Program-made: the position numbers and the translations under genes | Notes under the pieces: model-generated | Told to the model about the DNA's origin: nothing | Database searches by the model: none | The model's input: only the letters and a program-made list of their open reading frames with translations | Source: Candidatus Bathyarchaeota archaeon | GTDB lineage: Archaea; Thermoproteota; Bathyarchaeia; Bathyarchaeales; Bathycorpusculaceae | Direction of reading: 5' to 3' | Assembly (NCBI GenBank): GCA_963715865.1 | Contig: OY970280.1 | Span: 96,001-160,000, forward strand | DNA: 64,000 nt | In this document: positions 49,001 through 58,439 of the stretch, piece after piece | Position numbering within the stretch: position 1 is the stretch's first letter | How the letters are laid out: the number at the start of each line of letters is the position of its first letter

Positions 49001-49634
49001 CACGTTCCAAATCATCTAAGCGCTTTTGTACCTCATCTATTCTGCCCATGGCTGTGCGGATTGAAATGTCAGCAGTTCGCAGTTTTTCTTCTGCGTCAGT
49101 CTTCTCAGCGTCATATTGAGCTATTCCAACGAGGTCTTCGATGATTTTTCTGCGTTCATTCGGGGTAATTTCTGTTAACCGAGTTATGGTGCCTTGAGGG
49201 ATAATGTTCTGGCTAACACTGCTTATTGAAGCCATGGAGAGAGTTTCTACAATATGCCCTCGTGACATTCTTCTGCCGTTTAATCGGTAAACGCTTTGAC
49301 CATTTCGGTAAACCTCACGTGAAATCGTAACAGTGGATGTGTCAACGGGCATTGTGCCATCCGAATTATCAAATTGAATGACAACCTTCGCCATTTTGAC
49401 TTTTTCTTGCCCTGCTTTTTCTGAGCCGTAAAAGATTAGTTTAGCAGCGTTTTCAGCACGGAGCCTTCTTGAGCTTAATTCCCCAAGCGAGAAAAGCACC
49501 GCATCCATAATGTTGGTTTTCCCGCTTCCGTTGGGGCCTGTTATGGCTGTAAAGCCTTTGTCTAAAACTACTTTGACTGTCTGTGGCCCAAAAGACTTAA
49601 AGCCTTTTAACTCGATTTTTTTAATGTAGGGCAT
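46083..49634 (-). CDS. smc: SMC chromosome segregation ATPase
   Basis: GFKSF, GPNGSGKTN, long coiled coils, hinge GIYG.L..LI, SGGE, ILDEVDAHLD. Confidence 0.97.
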   Translation of the reverse strand: MPYIKKIELKGFKSFGPQTVKVVLDKGFTAITGPNGSGKTNIMDAVLFSLGELSSRRLRAENAAKLIFYGSEKAGQEKVKMAKVVIQFDNSDGTMPVDTSTVTISREVYRNGQSVYRLNGRRMSRGHIVETLSMASISSVSQNIIPQGTITRLTEITPNERRKIIEDLVGIAQYDAEKTDAEEKLRTADISIRTAMGRIDEVQKRLDDLERERNQLLRYNFIQSETKKFQAIKISNDITQLNAKINETTSQTEKVKARVDKLKVQRDLRRSKRHAVEADWRKLSGENLEEGGSQVLKVQIMIGELRSKLTELSTKISSGQGSLESLKRIRENNIAQQENIRNEIRENRLKIRAFRSEYEKIKNQTTQKELDHDALAKETTQLWEGLGDNNQQIRAMEAEIENHVKRLAYLHSEYTKDKAALRLCNGRIKNLNVRKEKFQTSLVEIEKSLSELEQVQKDQKNQLKNLEHTIERKKAQKEAVEKEITEAERIASSAKEAVIEFATQRDLAATIATGEKALRSIEEMGNVGAISGIYGRLRNLIKIDKNYKKAIEAAATGWLDALVVADIDSAFMCTETLRRMKLGRVKIIPLQGAINLKNKETPSRDGVAGALSNFMRYESAYELAVNYVFGDTIVVSNDKTAFALSNEGYRAVTVNGDLYEPGAFESGYYRAPIDFSTIIPSEGALNSLDEAVKALQQHLTQRGTDISGIEEEIERTKIEITRLSESIATLDREIVRIKRSVKRTQFNIRHTEKYGGKLEREAASYKGRMSMYMNERNSIQKALQKLHTDIATLRLKTDMAHIQELEVQREKLAEEMNTLRQNSGSTQTEISTYQSQFDKVLRNGYKNIKIQISKVEQQQRKLDKEVAEALQERESIKKELDEQDKSRVELSKAVFSAREESKKFTFQIDAIDAELRLLDSEYEQAEALLNQLQLSMETIQLRLQQLQGQLRQLGYEQPLEANQKQVEEAETIIRMMQFELERIGAINQLALSHYSEQNSRYRELSVRLNELEREKQAIVQFMDEIEAKKRKVFMTAFEKINTSLKVYFSKLTGGGEATLKLENPDDPFAGGIDMVVQFPNKPSIIVSGASGGERSVSAVSFIFSLKEFTPASFYILDEVDAHLDAFHTAKLAEVLLEEAGKIQFIVITLKPEMVTKAQKVYGVYELNGVSNVVTAKFPAEAPS

Positions 49635-49847
49635 TTAGCCTTTATCCTCACGGCAAGCGATGTATATTATTTTAACATCTCATCAACATACGTATAAAAG
49701 CTTATACTAGTTTCCATAGCTAAAATGCACCTTCGCCGTCTTGGTGCTGCTGAAAGGAGCAAGTGTCCTTGCCTGTTGGCTAACCGCAGAGACCCCTCTT
49801 TTTAGCGCTTAAACTACCTTGTAAAAAGAGGCCTACCCCCTACCTGC

Positions 49848-49929
49848 CTACTTCCATTTTGTCAGTATCTCTTCCCTGCGGAAAGTGCCTGTGCTAACGA
49901 AAAAAAAAGAAAAACACATCAACCGCTAA
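49848..49929 (-). pseudogene. Decayed duplicate of the 3' end of the ABC permease gene (50168-50245)
   Basis: Encodes FVSTGTFRREEILTKWK* vs FVSTATFRREEILTKWK*; mostly synonymous changes plus a 4-nt poly-A expansion. Confidence 0.85.
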
Positions 49930-49955
49930 AGATTCTTGTTAGGTTGATGCTTAAC

Positions 49956-50156
49956 CTAGTTAGTATCCGCGCTAATGCTATCTGCCTTCTTCCGCGGCTT
50001 CCAAACATACCCAACCACAAATAATACTATGCCTATAATGAGTATTCCAACGAAAGCTGGTGAGAAGCCATTAAGAATAAGCAGGATGACGCCTATCACC
50101 GTGAGGATGCATCCCATCAAGATAAGTCTTAATTTCATGCTATCCATATTTTCCAC
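49956..50156 (-). CDS. Small two-TM membrane protein located between the two permease 3'-end copies
   Basis: Two hydrophobic helices, basic C-tail, GGGGTGG SD. Confidence 0.65.
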   Translation of the reverse strand: MENMDSMKLRLILMGCILTVIGVILLILNGFSPAFVGILIIGIVLFVVGYVWKPRKKADSISADTN

Positions 50157-50167
50157 CCCCTAAGCCG

Positions 50168-50905
50168 CTACTTCCATTTTGTTAATATTTCCTCTCTGCG
50201 GAAAGTGGCTGTACTGACAAAGAACAGAATCACATCAACCGCTAAGAGGATACCGGAGATTATGAGAAGGTTGTTTACATCGAGAGTTATTACGCCTATC
50301 TCACTAGCCAGGTAAATGGCTAAAAAGGGAAAGAACATGAGGATCCCAAAACTGCTAGCGCTACGCACATCATTAACTCTCGATGAAACAATCACACTGA
50401 ACTCAACACTCAAAACAACGGCGACCGGCATCAGAATTAGAAGTAAAGTGGCGATAGTCCAGTTTGGAAAATAATAATAGCCAAGCTTACTGAAAGCCAC
50501 TTCGTCCATGCCTACCATGAAGACTGCTGCAGCCGCATACATTGCTACTAAAGTTGGCACGATTGCGGAAATGGTTTTTCCAAGCAAAATCTCCCCATCA
50601 GTGAGGGGCGTAGCCAAAAGCGGTTCCAGACTCTTCTCCACTTTCTCCCCAACTATGCTGTAAGAAGCAATCCCTAAGGGAACGAACGCTGCTCCTATAA
50701 CCAAAAAGAAGGAAAACGAGTTAAGCAGCGCCGGAAGTTGCGCGGCTGAGAGTCCACTAGTCTTCCTTCCTGCATACTCCAGCACCACTGGAAAAATAAC
50801 CGAGATGATAATAGGGAAAATGATGATTGAATACCAAACGTTTTTTTGACGCCTGAATATCTTGAAGTCCCTGACTGCTATAATCCACGCCTTAGATAGT
50901 CTCAT
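50168..50905 (-). CDS. ABC-2 type exporter permease
   Basis: SIVGEKVEKSLEPLLATPLTDGEILLGK, six TM helices. Confidence 0.92.
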   Translation of the reverse strand: MRLSKAWIIAVRDFKIFRRQKNVWYSIIIFPIIISVIFPVVLEYAGRKTSGLSAAQLPALLNSFSFFLVIGAAFVPLGIASYSIVGEKVEKSLEPLLATPLTDGEILLGKTISAIVPTLVAMYAAAAVFMVGMDEVAFSKLGYYYFPNWTIATLLLILMPVAVVLSVEFSVIVSSRVNDVRSASSFGILMFFPFLAIYLASEIGVITLDVNNLLIISGILLAVDVILFFVSTATFRREEILTKWK

Positions 50906-50907
50906 AC

Positions 50908-51831
50908 TTATTTCCTCACAAGTTTTAGATATGTATCTTCTAAGGTTGAACCCGCCACGTTGATGGTTCGAACATGACCGCCAGCCTGCACTATGGCCTC
51001 TACAACCGGCGAATTTTCCTTGTCTGGGTCTTCCACATCAAATGTTATGTTGTTGCCATCAGTGGTTAAGTTCTTAAGTGACAGCTTTTTCAAAGCGTTC
51101 AGAACCGCATCATTCACCTGCTCCAGTTCGATAACTGTTTTTTTGCCACTAACGGACTGTTCAAGTTCCTGTGGAGTACCTGTTGCACGCAGCGTCGTAT
51201 TGAGAATCCCTATTTTGTCACATATCCTTTGTGCCTCATCGAGGTTGTGGGTATTTAGGAAAATGGTTTTCTTCTGCTTTTTCAGCTCAAGAATGAACTC
51301 TCTGACAGTTTTTGCTGATTCCGGGTCTAGGTTCGCTGTCGGCTCGTCTAAAAACAGTATTTGCGGTTCATGGATAAGGGCGCGTGCAATTGCCAGTTTT
51401 TGCTTCATGCCTTTGGAAAAAGTCCCTGCCAAAACGTTCCTCTTATCCCAAAGCCCCAACATCTCAAGGAAACGCTGGATACTCTCTTTCCTTTGAGCAT
51501 CCGTACAATCATATATCTTTCCGAAAAAGTCCAGGTTATCATAAGCCGTCAGATGTTCAGATAGCCCAACATTATCGGGGACCAACCCAATGATTTTCCT
51601 GATTTTCAATGAATCTTCCTTGTTGCCTATCTCATACCCGCCTATTCTAGCGCTTCCGCTTGTCTTTGATATCAGGCAACACAGCATCCTAATCGTAGTG
51701 GTTTTTCCTGCACCGTTCGGTCCGAGAAAACCAAAAACTTCACCCTCATCGACATGTAGGGTGAGGTTGTCTACGGCTGTCAGGTTACCAAATTTTCTTG
51801 AAAGATTTTCAGTATCAATCACTATGGTCAC
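50908..51831 (-). CDS. ABC exporter ATP-binding subunit
   Basis: GPNGAGKTT, FSKGMKQK, LFLDEPT, TH. Confidence 0.95.
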   Translation of the reverse strand: MTIVIDTENLSRKFGNLTAVDNLTLHVDEGEVFGFLGPNGAGKTTTIRMLCCLISKTSGSARIGGYEIGNKEDSLKIRKIIGLVPDNVGLSEHLTAYDNLDFFGKIYDCTDAQRKESIQRFLEMLGLWDKRNVLAGTFSKGMKQKLAIARALIHEPQILFLDEPTANLDPESAKTVREFILELKKQKKTIFLNTHNLDEAQRICDKIGILNTTLRATGTPQELEQSVSGKKTVIELEQVNDAVLNALKKLSLKNLTTDGNNITFDVEDPDKENSPVVEAIVQAGGHVRTINVAGSTLEDTYLKLVRK

Positions 51832-52066
51832 CGAAGCGCATGAGCTATTCCAATGATGTCTTCAATGACTCTGAATCATTTGTTATATTATATAAGCTTT
51901 CGAGCAGAGCTATTACTTGTACCGATACTACGTACACCACAAATTCCTAACATACTCACAATAAATCCGACACGTGCAAGGTTTAACAGGGATGATTAAA
52001 AAATTAAAAGCAGAAAATTAATATTCGACGCATGCGCAAAGGCTTGGAGAACAGTGGTGAAGTAAA

Positions 52067-52276
52067 ATGAGTTTTGGAACAAAAGTCTTTAGTGGTGTTC
52101 AAGAAGTGTTAGTTTTAGCGTTAATGCTTGTGTCTGTTTTTGCGCTTTTCTATGTTGACATAAGCATCATGTACAAGGTAGGCATTGCAGTGATGGTGTT
52201 CTCAGTGATCTTCTTGACTACCTTAGCAACCCAAATTCTGAAGCAACAAAAAGAGAGCAAGCAAGCCGCCGCCTAA
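52067..52276 (+). CDS. Small two-TM membrane protein
   Basis: Two hydrophobic helices then a polar tail. Confidence 0.6.
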   Translation: MSFGTKVFSGVQEVLVLALMLVSVFALFYVDISIMYKVGIAVMVFSVIFLTTLATQILKQQKESKQAAA

Positions 52277-52389
52277 CCTTCTTTCACTTTCACTCTACCC
52301 TCCCCTGTTCTGCAATGTTGTTTCTGCGATGTTTTAAAAAGGGTTAGGAGCGTTAGTTGCTGCGTCCATGAATAGGGGGAGTAAAAATA

Positions 52390-53109
52390 ATGTCTCAAAA
52401 TATATTGGTCAAACCTACAATGGCTCAGCCACTATTTTCTTTGAACATGCCAGGTGTAGACGAGCTTTTTCCAGGATTTGCACTAGGCGACTTCGCCGTG
52501 CTTTATGGGTCGCCATCGGTTATTTCGTTAACTTCTTTACTCTGCATAAGAGCGCAGTTGCCAGTGCAGCTTGGCGGCTTAGGAAGCAACGTTGTCTTTA
52601 TTGACGGCGGAAACACGTTTAGACTCTACAAAATCGCCCGTTTAGCCCAACTTCACCAGCTTAACCCTGAGCAAGTGCTTGAACGCATCTTTATTTCAAG
52701 AGCATTCACAGCTCACCAGTTAACTTCTCTTATACTCGATAAACTAGAAGAAACCATAAAAAACTGCAATGCCAAACTCGTAGTGATTTCAGACATAGCA
52801 GGATTCTTTTTAGACAATGACATTCCCCGCGAAGAAGCACAAAGAATCTACAGCCAAATCATCAGTTACCTTTCAAGCTTCGCAAAAAAACACCAAATAA
52901 TCCTAATCGCAACTTACCTTCCCTACTCTGACAGCCGAAGAAACAGTTTACTTCAAGAAATAACCTGCTCAAAAGCAAACACCGTGCTATCTTTCAGCAA
53001 AACCACCTACACACGAGAAGTAACATTAGAGAAGCACCCATTTTTCGTTTTAGGCACAGCTGAACTTCCATCCGAAAACCTGACACTAACCGACTTCATG
53101 GGCGCTTGA
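52390..53109 (+). CDS. Inactivated RadA/RecA-fold protein of the PolB2 operon
   Basis: GVDELFPGF..GD..VLYG(SPSVISL) lacks the Walker A GKT; VVFIDGGNTF...VLERIFISRAFTAHQL retained. Confidence 0.85.
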   Translation: MSQNILVKPTMAQPLFSLNMPGVDELFPGFALGDFAVLYGSPSVISLTSLLCIRAQLPVQLGGLGSNVVFIDGGNTFRLYKIARLAQLHQLNPEQVLERIFISRAFTAHQLTSLILDKLEETIKNCNAKLVVISDIAGFFLDNDIPREEAQRIYSQIISYLSSFAKKHQIILIATYLPYSDSRRNSLLQEITCSKANTVLSFSKTTYTREVTLEKHPFFVLGTAELPSENLTLTDFMGA

Positions 53110-53110
53110 C

Positions 53111-53392
53111 GTGGGAAAAACAGTTGAATCATACCGCATGGCAATTGAAGACGAAATACGCCGCTGGAACGGTTTCGCAAAAGCACTTCGCAAAGAAGAC
53201 AGAGAAGCCTTCGATGTTTTGATGGATGCATGCAGAAGCTACGCGTCAGCTGGAAGCAACGCCACTCAGCCATTACTTTTTGAACCAATGCTCATGTCAA
53301 TGCTGGTCTCGCAGCAAATCCGCTTGCAAAGGCTAGAGAAGGAATTAGATGACATCAAGCAAAAGCAGCACAGCGGCTCCCAACTGTGTTAA
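53111..53392 (+). CDS. Small helical PolB2-associated protein
   Basis: MGKTV.SYRM..E.E..RW..F..ALRKEDREAFD.L...; lies between the RadA-like gene and polB2. Confidence 0.8.
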   Translation: MGKTVESYRMAIEDEIRRWNGFAKALRKEDREAFDVLMDACRSYASAGSNATQPLLFEPMLMSMLVSQQIRLQRLEKELDDIKQKQHSGSQLC

Positions 53393-55649
53393 AGGATGGC
53401 TACTTGATGTTTACCCTTCTGACCTGGGCAAAGTTGCGGTTTGGGTGATAAGCGAAAAAGGCGAAAGAATAAAGTTCACTGACAGGTTTCAACCCTGCAT
53501 TTATGTCTCTGGCAAACAAGATGACCTTGAACGCTTAATCAGCCGATTATTTAGCAATCAAAAAATCGCTTCATTAAGGCTCGTGCAAAAATACGCTCAA
53601 GCCACCGATACTGAAAAGTCAAGGGTACTGGAAATAACAGTTAAAGACTGCAGGCAAATCCCGTCTTTAACGCTTGAAATTTTAAGAATCGGCGATTACT
53701 TGCGCTATGAAATACACAATTGCGACATGCAGAATGACCGTTCGTACCTTTTTAGCCATGATTTGTTTCCGCTTGCACTTGTGGAGTTAAAAGTTACTAA
53801 ATCAGGCTTAGATTACAGGCTTCTGGATTCGGTTGAAAGCACAGACTACGTTATTCCTGAATTGCGAGTAATACGGCTTGAAGTGGAAGTTGTTAAGAAA
53901 GGGATTATTGCTAATTTTGACGATATCATCGATAAAATATGTTTAAAGCAGGAGGGCAAAGAGGCGATTGCCATTGATTACGGTGACGAAGCCACAAAAC
54001 TGCTGCAGCTTATTTATGCAATAAACGAGTTAGACCCCGACATAATCTTAACAAGCGCCGGCGACTCGTACCTTCTTCCCTACTTAATCTATAGAGCAAC
54101 CGTAAACAATGTTTTAGACAAGTTCATCTTAAGCAGGGATAACAAGCCTTTTAACCGTAAAATTTCAGCGGGCAAAACTTACTTTTCTTATGGTCGCACA
54201 TTTTACAGAGCAAGCACCGTGCGGTTGTATGGACGAATACACATCGACGAAAACAACACTTTCATCATAAAAGAAGCAGGTTTTGAAGGCTTCATTGAGA
54301 TAGCGCGAACCTGCAGAGTACCTTTGCACACGGCGGCGCGATTCTCGATTGGCTCAAGCATGTCTTCCATGCAGCTTTACCAAGCCATAAAAGACGACAT
54401 CCTAGTGCCCAGAAACAAAAAAATTCCCGAATCCTTCAAATCAGCCCTTGACTTGCTCGTTGGCGACCGAGGAGGCTTAATTTTTGAACCACGCCTAGGA
54501 GTGCACGATTCGATAGGGGAATTAGACTTCTCTTCCATGTACCCGAGCCTAATGGCTAAAAACAACATTTCAGCTGAAACAGTGCTTTGCAAATGCTGCC
54601 CCAATTCGCCGCTGCGGATTCCAGAACTTAATTATCACATCTGTACAAAACGGCTGGGAATAGTGCCTAAAACTATCAATTTAGCCTTAACCAAACGACT
54701 GCATTATAAACGCCTAAGGGATGAAACAGGCGACAAAAACCTCAAGCAAGCGTACGATAAGCGCCAAACAGCGTTAAAATGGATTTTAGTCACATGCTTC
54801 GGCTACTTAGGCTTCAAAAACTCAAAATTCGGCACCGTTGACGGCCACATTGGCGTGTGCGCTTTTGGCAGGGAAGCTTTTCTTAAGGCAGCGCACATTG
54901 CTGAGGATCAAGGGTTTGAGGTTGTTCACGGTATTGTTGATTCGCTATGGCTCAAAAAGAAAGACGCAACCTTAGAAGAGTACAATGATTTATGTCGAGT
55001 AATCACTAAGGAAATAGGTGTGCCCATCAACTTTGAGGGACGCTACAAATGGGTAGCTTTTCTGCCTTCCAAACTGCATCCGCGAGTTAGTGTTTTAAAC
55101 CGTTATTTCGGAGTCATGGAGAACGGTAAGGTTAAGATTAGGGGCTTAGAAGTGCGGCGCAGGGATACTTCAGGGTTCATTTTTGATGCCCAAACCGAAA
55201 TGATCAACGTATTAGCCTCGGCGAATAATTCAGTGGAACTTCAGCGGAAAATTCCTGAGGCATTAGAAGTTTTGAAAGCTTACAGGCAACGGTTGCTTAA
55301 CGGCGAAGTTCCTGTGTCTGACTTGATAGTTACGAAGCATCTGTCTAAACAGCCGAAAAATTATAAGCAGCATGTTAGCCAAGTCATCGTAGCTCAACAA
55401 TTAATTAAGCATGGCGTGGAAGTCCATGCGGGCAACAACGTAAAATTCCTTTTCACTAACTCTGAACATAAGCGGTACGAGCACAGGGTAAAAGCTATGC
55501 AACTTATCGAGAAAGGCGTAAACCCCGACGCGAAAAAGTACCTGCTGTTACTTTATGCTTCAACCGCTAACCTGTTAAGCTTCTCAGGCTATACCACCAA
55601 AAAAGTGTACGACGCCGTCAAGGGGCAGCACCAAAAAACCCTGCTATAA
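53349..55649 (+). CDS. polB2: Family B DNA polymerase, PolB2 group
   Basis: ELDFSSMYPS, KRQTALKWILVTCFGYLG, HGIVDS (PolC motif variant), IRGLE.RRRD; proofreading motifs not recognisable. Confidence 0.92.
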   Translation: MTSSKSSTAAPNCVKGWLLDVYPSDLGKVAVWVISEKGERIKFTDRFQPCIYVSGKQDDLERLISRLFSNQKIASLRLVQKYAQATDTEKSRVLEITVKDCRQIPSLTLEILRIGDYLRYEIHNCDMQNDRSYLFSHDLFPLALVELKVTKSGLDYRLLDSVESTDYVIPELRVIRLEVEVVKKGIIANFDDIIDKICLKQEGKEAIAIDYGDEATKLLQLIYAINELDPDIILTSAGDSYLLPYLIYRATVNNVLDKFILSRDNKPFNRKISAGKTYFSYGRTFYRASTVRLYGRIHIDENNTFIIKEAGFEGFIEIARTCRVPLHTAARFSIGSSMSSMQLYQAIKDDILVPRNKKIPESFKSALDLLVGDRGGLIFEPRLGVHDSIGELDFSSMYPSLMAKNNISAETVLCKCCPNSPLRIPELNYHICTKRLGIVPKTINLALTKRLHYKRLRDETGDKNLKQAYDKRQTALKWILVTCFGYLGFKNSKFGTVDGHIGVCAFGREAFLKAAHIAEDQGFEVVHGIVDSLWLKKKDATLEEYNDLCRVITKEIGVPINFEGRYKWVAFLPSKLHPRVSVLNRYFGVMENGKVKIRGLEVRRRDTSGFIFDAQTEMINVLASANNSVELQRKIPEALEVLKAYRQRLLNGEVPVSDLIVTKHLSKQPKNYKQHVSQVIVAQQLIKHGVEVHAGNNVKFLFTNSEHKRYEHRVKAMQLIEKGVNPDAKKYLLLLYASTANLLSFSGYTTKKVYDAVKGQHQKTLL

Positions 55650-55696
55650 CTCAAAAACAGTTTTCTTACAGCAACCTCCTTAAGGCAAATCAACAA

Positions 55697-55942
55697 TTAT
55701 TTAGCTTTGCACCAAATTGACTTCATTTTTTCAGGAGAGCAACACTCAGGCTGTCCTGTTCTGCGAGGTTCAGACGTGATTACCTTACGAAACTCTTCTA
55801 GAAATTCCTCTCGTTTGCCTGGAATTATGAGGTAACCTTCAGATGTTTTCTTAAGAGTTGCAGTGTCTCCGATCTCTTTTCTTATTTCTGCGGGAATGTA
55901 AAGTCTGCCTTTTGAGTCTATTTTGAGGTTAATCTGCTCCAC
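55697..55942 (-). CDS. Orphan AbrB/MazE-type antitoxin (start re-called to GTG 55942)
   Basis: KIDSKGRLYIPAEIRKEIG; no downstream PIN gene. Confidence 0.75.
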   Translation of the reverse strand: MEQINLKIDSKGRLYIPAEIRKEIGDTATLKKTSEGYLIIPGKREEFLEEFRKVITSEPRRTGQPECCSPEKMKSIWCKAK

Positions 55943-56093
55943 TTTCCCACTACTACTGAGTGGGACAAACACGAATTATTAAAACTTACTAAAAAACAAC
56001 CACACCAAAAAAGCGCCATCAAACGCTGCAACCAAACCACGGTTTAGCTAAGGTTTTTATGATGCAACAGAAATTATGTTCACTGCACCATTC

Positions 56094-56171
56094 GGGGCTG
56101 TCGGCTAGCTTGGTCTAGGCTTGTAGACTTGGGCTCTATAGACTCCGGTTCAAATCCGGGCAGCCCCACCA
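56094..56171 (+). tRNA. tRNA-Pro(UGG), CCA encoded
   Basis: GGGGCTG...AGCTTGGTCT...GTAGA CTTGGGC TCTAT...CCGG TTCAAAT CCGG GCAGCCCC A CCA. Confidence 0.9.
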
Positions 56172-56340
56172 ATTCGCATTGTTTTTGATTGTTTAAGTCC
56201 TTAGGAATTGCAGCGCGACAGCGATATGCCTACCCAAACGATGGCTTAGTTCAACCTAGAAAATTGTATCGTAAGGCGTTACGACGGAACAGCATCAAGA
56301 AACTTCATTAAGAAAAAGTAGATTCTTTCTTGGAACCGCG

Positions 56341-56721
56341 TCAGGGCTGCGTGTTGAACATGGGACTGGAGATTATCATGTCCGCAGTTGCTCTGTTATA
56401 GGCAGTTGGAATATTATACAATACTGCCATTCTGAGAACAGCTTTAACATCAACATCATGAGGCTGAGACTCCAAAGGATCCCAAAAGAATATCAGAATA
56501 TCCAGTTTCTTATTAGCAATCAAAGCTCCAAGCTCCATATCTCCACCATAAGGTCCGCTCTTTAGCAGATTTATCGGCAATCCGGTTTTCTCAATTATCT
56601 GCTCACCAGTGGTTCCTGTTGCGTACAGGTAATAATGAGATAAGGTTCCTTTGTTGAAATTGCACCACTCAACTATATCCTTTTTCTTGTTATCATGTGC
56701 TACTAGTGCAATAGTTTTCAT
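56341..56721 (-). CDS. mgsA: Methylglyoxal synthase
   Basis: IALVAHDNKK, YATGTTG, SGPYGGD, FFWDPL..QPHDVDVKAVLR. Confidence 0.95.
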   Translation of the reverse strand: MKTIALVAHDNKKKDIVEWCNFNKGTLSHYYLYATGTTGEQIIEKTGLPINLLKSGPYGGDMELGALIANKKLDILIFFWDPLESQPHDVDVKAVLRMAVLYNIPTAYNRATADMIISSPMFNTQP

Positions 56722-57330
56722 ATTGTTCCATTCCGATTTGTATTAAGTCTAAATGGCTCATCAAATAAAAACATACAGCGGATTTTCATCTTATTTGTTG
56801 AAGCCCTGTTATATTTGTAAAGTGCAAAAAGAAGCCAAAGCAGTCTTTTAGTACTTTTAGCGCGTGCGCTCCTTAGGCTATCGTCTTTCGGAAGAAATAC
56901 CAGAACAGCATTATCGAAACGATATAGAATATTCCTGAAAGAAAGAAAGGCGCTGCAAGAAGCCCCAAAGCCATCAGGTAGGCGCCTACAAAGCTGCTTA
57001 GCGCGTTGGGCGAACTCCACACTGCTGAACAACACTAAACCTCCGACATCAAAACAACGGCTACAATAAGTTAACTTGGGCGCATTTTGACTTATTCTTT
57101 ACTGTTCACACGAGCAAACCATTTCTAACCGACGCCCAGCCACGCTCCACAGGGCTTCTAAAAACTAGAAACTGCATGGAGAAACGCCTTTTCTTGGGTG
57201 ACTAGCCTATATAGTCAACAGTGCATTAATTTATGATTGTCGGGATTATTCAAGAAAGAGTAAAACCTGCGCCGAGAAGAACTTACTTTTTCAAGACAAT
57301 TTCTGGCAAACAACATTAGAAGGAGAAAAT

Positions 57331-58002
57331 TTGAACCAAAAAAAGCCAACTATAATGGAGTACCTCGCGTTTCTTTCCGTAAAACAAGGTATCTACCTTG
57401 CAGAACTTTACCAAGCCATGGTTGTAGCCAGAGAAAAAGGAAAAACCACATGTCAAAATCTAACAGTTGAATACCGTTGCAGCCTAAAAGACGAAGCCGT
57501 CTTTCTAATTACCAAAGACACCAGCGTAATAGCGCAGTTTCGAGTTGCCGAAGAACTTCTCCTGAGAAAAAACATCTGCTTCGAAAACTGGATGGACACC
57601 GACAAAATACGCAAACAAATGTACAGACAAAATACATCACCTAAACTGTCCACTCTGGTCCAAGACCTGCGACATGGAATGAAAAAAGTTAACCTAGAAG
57701 CTAAAGTTCTCGAGACTCCAACACCCTCAACAGTCCAAACACGGTACGGAAACAGCGCCAAAGTGACCAATGCTTGGATAGCGGACGAGACAGGAAAAAT
57801 TAAGCTTTGTCTCTGGAATGAACAGGCAGACTTTGTTACTGTGGGCGACACCGTACAGATTAAGAACGCTTCAGTTTCCACCTTTAAAGGTGAAAGACAA
57901 CTGCGTCTCGGAAAAACCGGAACAGTCAGCATACTGCAAAACCGGGTCGATGGAATGAAACAAGACCCAGAAGCTGTCGCGAAAAATAGAATCTACGCTT
58001 AA
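57331..58002 (+). CDS. OB-fold ssDNA-binding protein with an extra about 100-aa N-terminal domain
   Basis: C-half VQDLRHGMKKVNLEAKV...IADETGKIKLCLWNEQA...GDTVQIKNA.V..FKGERQL..GK.G. Confidence 0.85.
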   Translation: MNQKKPTIMEYLAFLSVKQGIYLAELYQAMVVAREKGKTTCQNLTVEYRCSLKDEAVFLITKDTSVIAQFRVAEELLLRKNICFENWMDTDKIRKQMYRQNTSPKLSTLVQDLRHGMKKVNLEAKVLETPTPSTVQTRYGNSAKVTNAWIADETGKIKLCLWNEQADFVTVGDTVQIKNASVSTFKGERQLRLGKTGTVSILQNRVDGMKQDPEAVAKNRIYA

Positions 58003-58439
58003 GCTACCAATTTTGGACTATAAGCATTTCTAACCGCAAGCCGAACAGCAACCTTGGCTTTAAGGAAGCCGGTGACAACGTGGGAAGATGTGAAAGGTGG
58101 CGGTTATGAGGAAGCTCAAAATGCATACTTACACTATGTGCAGCTTTGCAGATAGCGGCTCACCCCCTGTTAGGGGCAAGTTTGAATTGTCGTCTTTGTT
58201 TTTTTCCGCGAGATCTTCGTGGCCCTGTTTCCGTTTCATTGAGCTTCGCAGTTACTTTTTTGTTCTCACCCGTGTATCGTCTCACTTGTTTTATTACGCG
58301 AGATGTTTGCGGCTTTGTTTTCTGCTCATTAATCTTCATACTTTTTTTCTCACCCATTTTTTCACCTCAGATTTGAGGGGTTTTTTCTTTTTCCAAAAAA
58401 ATTATTTACTGAATAATGCACTATTTTAGACTGCACCCG

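Noticed and set aside
56718-57035. 105-aa minus-strand ORF upstream of mgsA
   Set aside because: No recognisable motif and an atypical composition; could be a degraded fragment, but I cannot support a call.
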